Assembly: GCA_051362555.1 (NCBI GenBank)
Contig: CM120642.1
Location: 18,228,001-18,292,000, forward strand
Direction of reading: 5' to 3'
Length of the DNA: 64,000 nucleotides
Source of the DNA: Lingula anatina
Lineage: Eukaryota > Animalia > Brachiopoda
Made by a program: the position numbers and the translations under genes. The notes beneath the pieces were generated by a model, which was not told where the DNA came from, searched no databases, and saw only the letters and a list, made by a program, of their open reading frames with translations. The stretch's first letter is position 1; every line of letters begins with the position of its first letter. Below are positions 49,731 to 63,691 of this stretch, piece after piece.

Positions 49731-52700
49731 CCATGTAGGGATGAGCTAAAAGACGTGCTGTTGAGTTTAACCAACTAAATAATTGGTTAGTTCAATTAAG
49801 CGAAATCCGTTTATGGAATGACTTATATTACTAAGTGAGGTTGAAATTAGTGAAACTTAAAACTTTCATTAGGAAAACTTGAAATAATGCCTTGTGTTGA
49901 ATTAAGGCTTGGATGAAGAAAGGGTTTTCGGGTGTATTTTGAAAAGATTCTTGTTTAACTTTAACAAAAACGCTTGTAGTTACATTTAAGAAAATAAAAG
50001 ATCAATAAATTCAAAAACAATACCAGTTTGTCATTGTACTTGTTTTTATATTCAATTTCTATATTCTATACACGAATATAGGCCAATATAATGATTAAAA
50101 CAACAACAAGTCGTCTGTGTAATTAATACATATTATTTACATATTACACCACAGTAGCTTACAGTGAATATACAATGAATATGGCGACAAGTTCACACAA
50201 ATTTTATAAAAAATCATATTGGATGACATTTCGTTCCAATATAAATGACTGACAACATTAAGTTTCTATACCAGCACAGGGACATTGCTTGATGTGAAGT
50301 TTTCATTTTAATGGGAAACGAGGACTGACTTAAAAAGTAAATCCATACACAACTACCAATCTATTTATGAGGAACACAATATGTTGAAAAGGTATTTGGT
50401 AAATAAATCTCAAGTATATAACATCGCACCTCGTCTTGCGCTTATTATGTAAAGGAAACATTGCACTAAAACTACCGGCATTTCATATGAATTTCCCGAT
50501 GCAGTAGTAAATACGTATTAATTGCCGTCATATTTACTCAGAAATATGTATCAATCTATCTGAAAAAGAAATCGAAATATGGCGCTGTTGTCCGACACAG
50601 CTTTATTGAATGTAGCCCATGGTCTTGTATTGGTTTAAAGCAAATCATCTGACAACACACAGGGAAAAGTGCACATCTATACTGTTCAACATGTAAATAA
50701 CTTTGTATAGGGATTGATCGCACAGTCTTTTACATAGGTACCAAAAGGCATTCCTTGCAGTTTGATTTAAATATCTTAAGAAATAGGGCACACAAAACTG
50801 CATGTCTCGGGGCGTCTTACGTGCTTAGCACATATTTAAGAGGATAAATCTGTCATCTGTATACTATAAATAATGTGGAGCCCCTCATTACGTATTTATC
50901 GCTCTAATAAAATAAGTGACTCGTCCTTTGGCAATATACATGTTTGGAACTCCTTATGGTTTTGGACTTTTCAATTAACACTTGGACGATCGCGCGTAAA
51001 TGATAACATGCAAAAATATTTAATAAAAATATAACCCACATTTTACAAATAAAATACAGCTAATATAAAAGCATCATTACTGAAAGAGTTAAGTTATATC
51101 TTTTCTGATATACCAGATATCACGATATACAAAAAATAAGGGTTAGTACAAAACACCTACTTTAAATATCAAGGAACAAATGTAAAACATATTAACAAAG
51201 CATGGATGCATTCTGTTACATCTGTTTATGCTTTAAGCCGTTGTTACATAATTAGCGTAATGCACTAATAACAACAGAAACAGCAATAACTTAGGCCTAA
51301 ACACATTACTTCGACTATGAAGCAAGTGTCACAGTGATGCTAATATAAAACGGGTCAGTTAAAACTTCGTCTAAAATATCACCGTAAAGGCTTAAGCGTG
51401 CGTGTGCTTGGTAAAAATTATTTCAAACAAAAACATTTTCAATTTTCACATTTACACAATCACCATCCAAGTTAATGACTAAAATAAGAATCCTGCATCG
51501 AGTAAAGTTTGTCAATGGGGTTTATGAGTCCCCCATTCCTACATTCATACTACTAATATATGTTTTCAAGTAAATCACAAATAATTATGTATATATTACC
51601 ATAATAATTATGCTTAATATTCCACATTTCGTCTTGATTTCAGCAGAGAAATCCCCACTATCAAAAATCATAGGGACAAAATTGTATTTTAGAAAGTTAT
51701 AGTAAATGCTTTTCTCCTTAAAGCAGCAGCTAGTTCGGCAAGAGTCAGCTGAAGAAAAGCCAGCAGCACCACCTCCAATGAAGGAAGAAAAGAAGAAAGA
51801 TTCTGGAGCCAAAAAGGTACCATAATAACATAAACGTTTCAAGTGTCTTTTTTTTCTACATATTTTACTTTTTCATAATTTATCATTTTTAGATGCAAAA
51901 AAAAATGTACTTCCTGACTTTGAATCTTTTTTTTTTTTTCATATAACCAGCTAAAATTTTTATGGTTAAAAGTTTTTACTGATAATTGCACAGTCAGTAA
52001 CTTCTTTGCAGGGTTGTTTATGCAGGGTTTGTATTTGTAAAATTTTTTTTGCAGGGGGGCTGGTTAAGTGGAATTTTCAGATGGCCTAAGGGAAAAAATG
52101 AGATGAAGTTGCCAGATGACAGTAACCCTTCTGTAAGTATTTTGTTTTATTCCATGTATTCATCCTGCTTTCTTCTTCTCCTCCACTCTACCTTGTCTTG
52201 GTTACTTTGAGTTAAGAGTAGAATAGTGCATTTTCATTAGTGTGGCAACTAAATTTTACTGAAATTTAAATCTTTCTTTTAATTTTTTACTTTGAAAAGT
52301 GTGTGTTTATATCCTATTGATGTGATTAAATCAGCTGGTGGTACATACCTAGGAGGCAGCTGAGGCTCTCTGCTCCTCTAGTTGTGTTTATATTGTGTTG
52401 TAATGGTGACGGGCAACGTGTTTATTATATTTCAGATTGTGTGGGACCCAGTCAAAAACCGCTGGGTGAACACAGATGGAGAAGAGGAGGAGACGACTGC
52501 GGCACCGCCGCCAAAGGATACTGACCTTATGGGTAAGTGGAGATTTGTTTGCATTTCTTATCTGTTATACAGGCTTTACAATATAATAGATCCTTTCTTT
52601 TGATCATTGGGCTGTGATGGTCTGACAAAAATGCCAGAGTTGTAGTACATTTATTAATCCATTGACCTTTTGCAAGATGTCAGATTATGAAAAAATAATG

Positions 52701-53015
52701 GAACAATTCATTTTCTTTTTCAGGCAACTATGATAATAAAAAAAGGCTCTGATAAGTGACATGTGAAGTAAAAAAAAATATTATTATAACTTGTAATGTT
52801 GTTGAAAAAATTCCTGACATATTCTGCATTCTACACACACTGGACAAAAGAAGTGTCACCCCCTAACTCAGAGTAATAAAAGTAGGCAGATCTTGGGTAT
52901 TTATAATGCCTGGTCTACTTATAATGTGACTAATGAGTATAAAACCGCTATACCATTGAATTGTATTGATGGTCTTGTACATGTACAGCAAATGTTATTC
53001 CTGTCTTCCTCCAAT

Positions 53016-54234
53016 ATGGCAAGATACAGGCAATTATCTAACGGTTATAGGTGCAAGTTGTTAACCTGAAGAGGCGGAATATAAGCAATGTCAGAATATC
53101 GATACAATTGAATTGTTCAGTCAGAACCGTGCAGAGGGTCTGGTCTCGGTATAGAAACACTGGATCAAGAGACAAATTTCCTCTGATGGGTCGTCCAAGA
53201 AAAATACTGGCCGTGAAGACCGACGACTGATTTTGATGTCCAATATGGCAAGATACAAAGTTCGACACTGCTTGTCAGTTGACAACACAGTGGAACAATT
53301 TCACACATAAGAATGTGTATGTGAAAATTGCTAGGCGTCGGTTACATGCTCAGAGAGTGTACAGCAGGGTAGCAAGACTGAAACCTCTTATATCGTTACA
53401 AAACAGGCAACGTAGAGTAAACTAGGGTCAACAGGATCTGGAACTGGACAGTTCATGACAATTGGTCCTATATATTTTTCTGATGAGTGTCGCTTTGGTC
53501 TGACCTCTGATGACAGACGGGTACTATGCTGGCAAACTGATGGTAAAGCATTTGAACCACATGCACTGAATTTTCGAACCCGGAGCAGCATATTCATCAT
53601 GGTGTGGGGCTGCATCAGCATGGGGGTGTCTCGATAGTCCGAAGGTTCATTGGTCCGAAGGTTCATTGGTCCGAAAAGCGGTAACATTTTTTATCGATTT
53701 TTTAATCAAGGGTTCATTGGTCCGAATGTTCTATAGTGAACATTCGGACCAATGAACCTTCGGACTATTGAACCTTCGGACTATTGCTACGGCCCCATCA
53801 GCATCCATGGCTTGGGCGAATTGATAGTGGTTAATGGAAACATGAATCACTAGAAATATATCGATGTTTTGGAGTCAGGCTTGCTAGCATCTATTACTGA
53901 CATGTTTGGTGACAGGAATTATCCATTTGTTCACCAGGATGACAATGCTCCTTGTCACAGGCCCAGAGCAGTTGATGATTGGTTTGACCAACAGGACATT
54001 CGCAGGGTGATGTGGCCTGCCCAGAGTCCGGATGCAAACATAATAGAAAATGTGTGGAATGATATGTCAAAACTTTTGACAAATGTCCGTCTAACCAGCA
54101 GAGAAACTCTGTTATATTCAGTGTTTCATGCTTGGGCCAGCATAAGCCCTGAACGCATCAGACAATTATATGAAACCTTGCTTCGTAGACTGGCACCTAT
54201 TATTAGGTCACGTGGTTATGCCACTAAGTACTAA
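53016..54234 (+). pseudogene. Tc1 transposase pseudogene
   Basis: Probable ATG at 53016, in-frame stops and frameshifts, a nested MITE, and an intact C-terminal fragment at 53869-54234 with 34 residues between the catalytic D and E. Confidence 0.85.
53622..53796. mobile_element. 175-bp MITE nested in the Tc1 transposase, 8-bp TSD
   Basis: atcagcat flanks both sides (53614-53621, 53797-53804). Imperfect GGGG...atagtccgaagg TIRs; internal 15-bp tccgaaggttcattg repeats. Removal restores WGCISIHGLGEL. Confidence 0.88.
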
Positions 54235-55123
54235 TTTTGGACTTGAAACTGCATATTTTGGTAGAATGTATATTTTGTGATTTTTTGTGAAATTTGATGT
54301 TAATAAAATGATACCAGGAGCATATCATTCCACAGTCATTTATCTCCCCCATAGTATTGGCTCAGTAGGGGTGACACTTCTTTTGTCCAGTGTGTGTAGG
54401 TGGTGCCAAGCCTGCTCCAGCTATGGCTCCACCAGGGGGCAGCACAGGTGCAGGTACAGACATGACAGCCCCACCCCCACCTGCTGGGAACAAGTTCTCA
54501 CGGTCAAAAGCTAGAGGTAAGAGAATACAGACTTGAAAATTCTTGAGAAAATGTCTGAGGATCTAGATGCACAATGGCATTGAAAACTAGAGAGGTCTCT
54601 TTGGTTTCCTTAATTATCTTAAAATACACTGAAATGTTGTTAAATAAATTGATTTTTGTATTTTAAAGTATAATTGAAACTAATGGTGTTGACTAATTTT
54701 TTTGAGAGCTTTTAGCAATTAACCACTACCTTTGAAAAGTTGTTTTATTTTTTCTCATAAGTACATAGTTATGAGTGTCTGAAAATTAGAAATCTTGAAA
54801 AGGTAGAATATTAGAAAAAGAATGGTGTTTGAAATTTAGAAATTATTAACTTTTAACGATTTTACTGTGTGTTGTCTCTTCCCAGGTGCCAGGAACCAGT
54901 ATGTTGATGTAATGAATCCGACCAGTGCCTCTGCTGCTGGACCCCCTCCAAATCTACTGCCCATGATGCCAGCACCATCTGCCCTGCCTGCCAACCTCTT
55001 TATACCTCCTCCAGGTCTGTGATGTGCCAGCAACACACACACATGCAGACACACACACGCAGACACACACGCACGCACCTTGCATGCACACATATATACA
55101 CACACACGCACGCACCTGGCATG

Positions 55124-55159
<36 letters not shown>

Positions 55160-55785
55160 ATCAAGTATGGTATTTGCAACTATTCAGCCTTTATTGTTTT
55201 AAATTTTCTCTATAGAAGGACCCTTAGTATTGATTTTAATAATCATTCAATTTGAAATCAATTATTCCACAGCCTATGCCATTTTTCTATGGAGTTCTAA
55301 ATTTATAAAATGTTGTCTTCAGCTCCAGAAGGCAGTGATGCACAGGCTGAAGGTGTTGATCAACAACAGCAAAACACTGATCAACAGCAGCATCAACAAC
55401 AGGACCAACAACAACAACAACAGTTTCAGGATCCATACCAACAACAACAGCAGCAGCAACAGCCACCTCAGTCGCAAGTAAGACGTTTCTTCTTGATCCC
55501 TTGAAAATTTGAACAGCCATCCCAACCAGACTGTGGGACATTGTAAATTCATCCCCACCCCACCCTACCCCTTAGCTATTTTCATTTATTATGACTCTTG
55601 ACATTTGTAATTTCATTAAACTAAACACAGTGAAATACCCGTATTACCTCAGTGAAATATTGTTAAATCAAAGTTTTTTTTTTTTTTTTTACATTACAGT
55701 TCTACAACCCTGGTCAGTTTGCCCAGCAGCAAATACAGGATCAGGACCAGGTAGGTTCTGTTTTCTGTGACACATAGATAGTATA

Positions 55786-55833
<48 letters not shown>

Positions 55834-57749
55834 AATACAGGGTCAGAACCAGGTTTATGTTGTGTTCTGTGTTAGCTAGTATGCAGTGAGATGCTTCTGC
55901 ACAGACAGAGAAGCCTTTTGCCATTAGGAATTAGTCTGAGGAGACACTGGGCTAGTGAAAATTGACATTTTATATACCACTAGCCCATTTTAAGACCTTG
56001 ATTTGCCTGAAGGGCTAGTAGCCTAAAAATTTTGTGGCACAGACTGATACAGGGTATCATGATAGCAGTGTGTGAACATGTGTTATCATCTCATGTACTG
56101 GCATGCATGTAAAGAGCACGTACAAGCACGTACACCCAGAAGCATGCATACATGTGAAGTCACATTTGCACAGCATTGAGTATGAAACAACTTTGTAATT
56201 CTTCAAATCTCAGGTTTTATTTCGATCCAGTTTCACCCCTGTGTAACCACGTCATGATTTTCAATAATATTACATGTTATCCTAGAGTTAAATGTTGCAT
56301 GGCTGTCGCATGTTTTTTATTCTTTTAATTATATATTATTGTAGTTGAAAGCCTGTGTAGTGCACCTGTATAACAAATAGTGCTAGGACATTGTAATTTG
56401 TTAACAACATTAAGTTATATTTGGGGCTGGTTCCACAAATTTAAAGGATTGTAGACTGAAAATAAGTCCTAACTTTTAGATTTCAATTTTTCTTCAGTCC
56501 AGGCGTAAATATGCAGTAGTCAGCTAAAATAAAGTGACTATAGTCTAAAGCAGTTATAGCTTTTTCTTTCCCTTTTTTATTTTGATAAAACAGTGGTATC
56601 CTGGACTAAGAGACTAAATAACAAGTCAATAGTAAGAATGAAAAAAAGCCAATTATAAGTTTAAGTGAACCACCACTGATTTGATTGATAGTGGAAGATT
56701 AGGGTCTGAAATTTTAGACAAGCTTTTAGTCAAAAGATCTTTTGTGAAATATGCCCCAGCATTGTATTATGATCTCTGATTATTTGGTGACAAAACTTAT
56801 TTTTATCACAAATATTAAGAACAAGATAGTAAGTTTAAAATTTTAGTTACACTTATTAAAACCAACCAAGACCAGAAGATAAATAAATAAATAAATTACA
56901 ATTAAAAGTAATTAACTAATTTAGGTCTGACTTCAATATCATTACACATTGTAACTTTGCTTAAGTTATGGATGATCACAACACTACTTGGTTCTTAGTA
57001 TTATAAAACCCCTCGTCTTTAGTTTTAGAAACTTCAGCTTTACACACTGTATTCTTTATGTTTAAGTGATGTCTTGCAGCAAATTTTAATGCTTGATTAT
57101 TTTTTTCGTAAAGTGAATTTAAAAGAAGCATTCTCTGCCAGTATTGATGCCAGTATCTCTCCCCCCCCCCCTGAATTTATAACAAAAAAATATGGTGGGT
57201 TTGGAGGGGAGGGGGGGTGCAATAAAAGGCATTTTGCTTTACTGAGTACATTAAAATTGCTTTATGGGTCTGTCATAGTTTCCATTTTGGGTGGGAGGCT
57301 GAATTTGCCATTTTGCACATAAATGGGTTGGGAGTCACCTTACTTAGATTGTAGCTCTTTCTAGCGTGATGCTTGCTTTTATTATTATTTATTTATTATT
57401 TTATTTATTTTTTTTTTTTGGGGGGGGGGGTAATAAGAGGTTTAAGCAACATTAAACGCCCTTATACAAACACTGGTATTAAAATGTAGTTCATGGGTTA
57501 GTGCCAATAAGTAGTCTCAGCAGTACAAAGAGTAGAGAGTTTGACATGCTGAAAGTGCCCATTCTACTAGCCATGACAGGTTAAAGGACTGATAAAAAAA
57601 TCTGTTCAGTAGTTCCAAGGAACCGTCAACAATTATAAGAATTTCCTTTTTGAATTTACAGTCAGTCTGGCAAGAAATCCTTTCGTCTGGCAAATTTTTC
57701 TTAGTTGCCGAGCAAAATGGCTGGCAGTTTGAAAAGGTTCAGCATGTTT

Positions 57750-57904
57750 GGCCTTGTTCAAAATAAGGGACTAACTAGTCGGAGGGTCAAATATGGCCGG
57801 CCCACTTGAATACTTCCCCATGGGATGTTTATTCAGTGTCTATAAGAGGATTAGTTGCCATATTTGACCCTAGGACTAGTTAGTCCCCTATTTTGAATGG
57901 GGCG
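57750..57904. mobile_element. 155-bp MITE with about 48-bp TIRs and 3-bp TSD (PIF/Harbinger-like)
   Basis: ggccttgttcaaaataagggactaactagtc...gggtcaaatatggc versus gccatatttgaccc...gactagttagtcccctattttgaatggggcg; flanked by ttt/ttt; absent from copy 1 at about 26484. Confidence 0.8.
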
Positions 57905-58457
57905 TTTGAAGGTGCAGTAGAGTAAGCTAGCTCCATGTAACAGTAGAACTGATCCTTGCTGTCACCCTTTCAGCTGTCGCGCTCCAGTTCCATGAGCTCT
58001 CTATCCAGAGAGGTGCAACAGTTTACTCAGGAGGTAAATAACGATAAGGACGAGATCTGTGCTATATTACATATAATTCTATATTAATGTGTTCTTTACA
58101 AATTCTTCCTGTGGGATTTCAGTGTTGGGAGGGAAATGGGAGATCACAGGTGACATTCTGTGGCAGTGCTTTTGTGTAGTTCTACAGTATGATGTTGTTT
58201 TAGACATTAACTTGCTTCGATAAAGTCTGTTTTTTGCGACAGTCTTTATTGAGTGTTTGCTTCTCAAAAAAAAAAAAGAAGGTTGTTTGAATTGGTTTGA
58301 TGAATGATGTGAAAGCACTGACAAGGGGTGTCTTCAAAGTAGAGGTTTGACAACTGGTTTCATAAAAAAAAGCTTGTGTGTTTACCGTCACAGCTCTTGA
58401 TAAGATACTTGTATTGATTCTGAGCCAAACCAATATTGACAGAAAAATTGAAAATTG

Positions 58458-58505
<48 letters not shown>

Positions 58506-58726
58506 TGAAACCAGTCTCTACTAGATGTTAACTTACAGGCTAATACTTCAACTTTGCATGTTATACTGCTTATAGTTTGTTATTCCTGATACTAAAAAAA
58601 CTATTACTTATTAACCATTCTGAGTGTTTTCAGCAAGCTGCAAGGTACTTACCAAAATATTCAGAAAGTTAAATGGTTTTCCCCTGTTGATGTATTCTTT
58701 CGATTCTTTTTGGTTGGAAAATTATT

Positions 58727-58761
<35 letters not shown>

Positions 58762-61700
58762 TTTTAGCTGAGACTTGTTGGTGTTCATAAGATAATTTCA
58801 TCAGTCAAAAAGATCAACATGTACATTTTTTTAAGTTGGGCATTTTGTTCTGTTCGGTATGTCTCTCCATTCACTTATGTAAAATTAACTTTTCACCTTG
58901 GAAGTTTTTTTGTGTTTTTATTTGAGCCATAAGATATGGTGTCTTTACTCACCAGAGACACAAAATATATTTTTTTATGTCACACTTTCCTTGTGATGGT
59001 CAAATTAAAGGTTCAGTTAATTCTTCCTTTGTCACATGAAGATGATTATCTAACAGTACTGAGAATATCACATTAGTGTAACTTGTTAATAATGGTCATA
59101 ATTTTCACCATTAAGTAGGCAGGTGTTATTTCATATCCTTCAATTGGCACTTCGAGCCATTATTGACTTTTACTTCACTGCAATTGAAAAGCTGTTATTG
59201 CACTTATTTATTGCTGTTATTTATACGTATGATTGACATCTGTTTTTGCTACTTTAGATGTTTTATGGTAAAAGAAAGTTTGACTTGATGTATTACAAAA
59301 ATTGTGCTTGGATTGGACAGAAAATGTATGGATAATTTGTCCAAGTTTGGAAAGTCTGTGGTAGCATTGTGTTTGTGTGGGGTAGAGGCAAAAACTTCAA
59401 TAATGTATTTATTTAATATTTTTTGGGGTGGAACATATTTTTAGGTGGTCATGTTAAACTTTGAGATTTTCAATATTGTAAATAGCCTTCATTTTAAAAG
59501 ATAATAATTATATTTGTTTTAATTAGTATGCCATTGTTTGGTAGAGTCAAATCCATCTTCTGATGGGCACAATATGTGGATGATGATGGCAGGGTTTTTA
59601 TCCTGGTCATTCCACAAAAAAAAAAATTCCTCTCTGAGTTGCATCCAAGACGCATACATTTTGTGTGATATTTGAATAACTGTTTGATATCACTTTTTGA
59701 TTAACTGTAGATTTCTTTCCACATTAAAGGGTATTGCACTATTACTAATATAAAACAATGTAATTAAGGTGGTAGGACAGAATTATGCAGATGTAACACA
59801 AAATGAGCGCATCACTGATGTAACACAGAGAGTCGCTGTTCTTGTGGAATGACCCTTGCATTAGTTCAGATGTAGGCTCACTTCTGAGTCCTTTCATGGA
59901 AATCTTAAGGTATCACATCTTAAATATTGGATATTATCTGTGAACAGCAGAAGCACACTAATTGGTTAGTGTTCTTAGAACACCAGGATCTTTTTAAAGA
60001 AGATAAATATTTATTATTCTGTATAGTCACTTTTCATTAACCCAGTACTTTTTCTGTTCTATTATTTCTAACCTAGTTTATCTAACATTTCATTTTTTTC
60101 CTGTTTCCTGATAGGTCTTGAAAGGCTGTGGCTTTTTTAATCTCCGTTATCAGCATACTGCACGCAAGGCATTTTACGCCCTGTGGTCTACATGTTGCTT
60201 ATTACTCTTATCAGAATCACAACTAGTTTTTTTTTTTGTTTGTTGTTGTGGCACTTTAAGTAGCAGCATGATAAATGTTTTGTATGAACAATTATAAGTG
60301 CTTGTGTATTTTTATTCCAATTAATTTTCCTCGGTTTTGCAAATTGTAGCAAAAAATTAGTACATAAATAAAGATAACTAATAATAATAATAATAATAAT
60401 GAAAATAATGAAAAAATCATCAATATCTTTTAAAAAACAGGTGATGCCATGTAAAAATGCCTATAACTGATAATGTTTTGTTATTTATTTATATGAATTT
60501 AACCATAAGATGATTCATTTACTTTTATTTAGTAATTTTGTTTTAATTGTTTCCAGGGCCATGACACAGCAGCTCCCCCTAGTGGCCCGCCAATGATGTT
60601 CAACCCAGCGTCGTTTGGTGCTCAGCCCTCTTCGGTGCCGGCTGCAGGGCCAGGACGAGGACCAAAGTATGGCCAGAGGAGGCAGTATCCTCACTGAGGA
60701 CTGAACTGTGTCCTCACTGAGGACTGAAGAATATCAAATGAGAAAGTTGAACTTAATTGCAGATGAAAGATTTCTGGAAACTTCAATAATCTGGAAATTG
60801 GGGTGGTGTATTTAGGCCCACTGACCTCCATATAGAACTGCGCGCCAATCAGCCCTTGTATTTTCTGGGTTGTGTCATAAGGTCCGCTTTCATCTCTGCT
60901 CAGTGGAGTCCAGAACATAAACAGAATGGTTGTGCAAGTGAGGAACAGTGCCCACTATATGACACTGCAGGAAATTAGACAGGATTTTGGGTAATGTTAA
61001 GATGGAAATGTGGTCATTCATAAGACAGGCAGCACTAAGGCTGCCAAAGTGATGTTCCAGGATTTCAGTGAAAAGTTTCTGTTAGATAAAGGGAAGAAAG
61101 GGAGAGAGAAAAAGGCTAAGCTGAGGAAAGATGATTTTCTATGTAAGCTGTTGGAGGTGAACCGAAATCATAATGCTGGTTTTGTGAACCATTTGGCTCC
61201 AGTCAAAAGTAAAGATACAGGCAGTACATGGTTGCACAGACAGTGTAGAATATATTTAGTGGAATGAGGGAAGAACCAGGCAGAAATGTACATGAAAAAG
61301 AGATTGAAAATTTGCAAAAGGATGAACTAATAGCTAAATAAAACAGGGTCCATGGGCCAATTGACAGATGTGGGATTGAAAAGTTTTAGAACATTTTGGG
61401 TTTCTCAGGATGTAACTGTAAGGTTGCACAACAGAGAATACAGCCCTAAGTTAAAACCAAAAGAAAAACCATTGTTGCATTGTGAATATGTAATAAAAAG
61501 AAAGGCACCAATATATGGTAGATTTAAATGTTGTTATGCCATGACATACAGATTCTTACATAGAAAAGAAAAACCAGAATGCACAGGGAGGCAAGAGATG
61601 GATAGCTAAGTTATGAGTTAAGTGAACTTATGTTGTAGTGTGTTCTGATTGTAGTAAGTGAATAAATAGGTTGTGTTGCATAGGATTTATCCATGAGGAG

Positions 61701-63514
61701 GTCACAAAAATGACATCCTGACTATTGGCATCAAAATTGATTTTTTCTACTGCAGCCATGGGTAGCAATGCAAGAGTATGCATCAAAATTGGTCAAGTTA
61801 AGAAGTAGCCAGGGTGGTTGTTATACAACAGTTGGTGCTTACGTGAATATTTATATGAATGCTAATAAATAAATTAAGAAAAGAGGACATGCAAAATATT
61901 AAGTTTAAAGGATAATAGTGAAATGTATGTGCAGCGCTGGAAGATAGACTGCATACATTTGCTATATGACATATACATATTATATGAACCTGCATGTACA
62001 AATAACTGTTTATGTACAGATTATTTCGTATATCTCAATTGTACATAGTTTACTTGGTATTAATATTGTGATGATAACATTTGAGTTTATTTTCAGCTAG
62101 CATGCCTTAATCAATATACCAGTATAGGATTTCACTATGACAAAGTCTCATTACACGTACTAATTGATCTTATTGCTTTATATATATATATTGCACAGAT
62201 TTGGGCAAAACAGATTGCAAGACATCTGTTTGTGCAATTATAGGTTGGATGAACATTGATAGAGATGATGCTGTGTAAAACAATTAAATGATCTTTTTTG
62301 ACATTGAAAAAATGTCAAGAACAAATATTTAAAGGATAATGTATGCAGAGGTTTGCAATATATGAAAAGTCTTATTCCTAATATATATATAAAGAAGAAC
62401 TAATATTAGTGGGTAGGCTTATTGGATCTTTGCATTGAGCTTAGGGAATATGATTTTTGGTCAGCTACCAGATTTTAATGGCCCGATTTCAAAGCTTTCA
62501 ATTACAGAAGATGTAGGGTAAAGCACAAGAACCAAAATGTAATAGGCGGAAGTAATAAGTGATTTCATATTTAACTTAAGATTTTAATTTACTGATTTGA
62601 ATGTCATCAAATAATCTTAATGGCTCATTAGAATATTCAGCTGCAGAGTTGTAAATGTCGTTTGCCAATATATCTTTGATAAAACATTGTCAGAAAACCA
62701 GTGATACTTCAGATCTATGTAAAAAAAAGATGCATGCCGATTGGTCACAATTGTCGTGTCGTTTTGTTATGGTTGTCGTGATTGGTCAAATGTTAAAATG
62801 TTTATATGTTGATGCTCGCGTGCAATGGTTAACTTTTAAAGATGGACACGGAAGAAGGAACTAGAAGTCCTGACAGTAGATTTAATGTGTTTGAAATTGT
62901 ATCTAATTATTTATATAGTATAGTATTGAATTTATTACGACGTTAGCGTGAATAACGCCAGCAACGCTGGTATTCTACACTAAATAGAACGACTCCAATG
63001 GAAATGTATGATGCGTTTACTTTAATTGTCAGTTGAATGGTATACGTTGTTGAGTGATTTGTGAATTATTTACTTGAAAATTATAAAAGGTTGAAAGAGG
63101 TCGCCACTTTTTTTTCATGAAGCTCGGAAAGTAGTTTTGTTGTAGACGTTATGCATTGCGATAAACCTACATCCAAAAGAAATTATATGGATTATTATCG
63201 TTATAAGTACCAATGTTATTCAAGCTCAATTGGCCCATGCTCTCGCTGTTAATAACGGCGGGGTTGATATTGTGGCAAATCGATTGATTGATTAAACGGA
63301 TCCTATTGTTGCACTTTTGTTGATTTATGATATATGATATTCTGAGTAATAAATTGTCACATCATCGAAATGGCGTTTAGTTTTATGTATCAAGTTTGGT
63401 ACATATTTTCTGTTATTATATTAACAATTCTGTTAAAGAATTGTTCCAGTTTGACTATTCACTATCCCCTGCCCATCTGAGACCATTGAATTCTACCGGT
63501 GTCATGTGCAAGGT

Positions 63515-63691
63515 CCGGTGTAACGTGACTGATAGTCCCCTCCCCTATGATAGAGAGTCCGCTTCCCATTCATTTATACAGGCAACCCTCGCCCTAGATT
63601 TTGACCCACTTAAGTCAGGCTAAACCTAACCTTTGTAACTAAAAGGAGGGGGGACTTTCTGTTACACGGACCCTCAGTTTCGTTACACCGG
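63515..63691. mobile_element. MITE family A (duplicate of 31996-32172)
   Basis: Same termini and internal sequence, lying within the segmental duplicate. Confidence 0.7.

Larger units (their letters stand above)
52834..54396 (+). mobile_element. Tc1-like (DD34E) DNA transposon with degenerate transposase
   Basis: Perfect 29-bp TIR cacacactggacaaaagaagtgtcacccc; TA TSD (52832-52833 and 54397-54398); absent in copy 1 (cattcTAg at 18761-18768). Motifs FSDECRF, IMVWGCIS, QDDNAPCH...WPAQSPDANIIENVW. Confidence 0.95.
51724..60697 (+). pseudogene. SEC16A: Partial duplicate of SEC16 (last nine exons, frame and splice sites intact, no own 5' end seen)
   Basis: Exons 51724-51816, 52055-52132, 52436-52532, 54400-54516, 54886-55014, 55323-55477, 55700-55750, 57974-58033, 60557-60697 (TGA). 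Confidence 0.75.
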
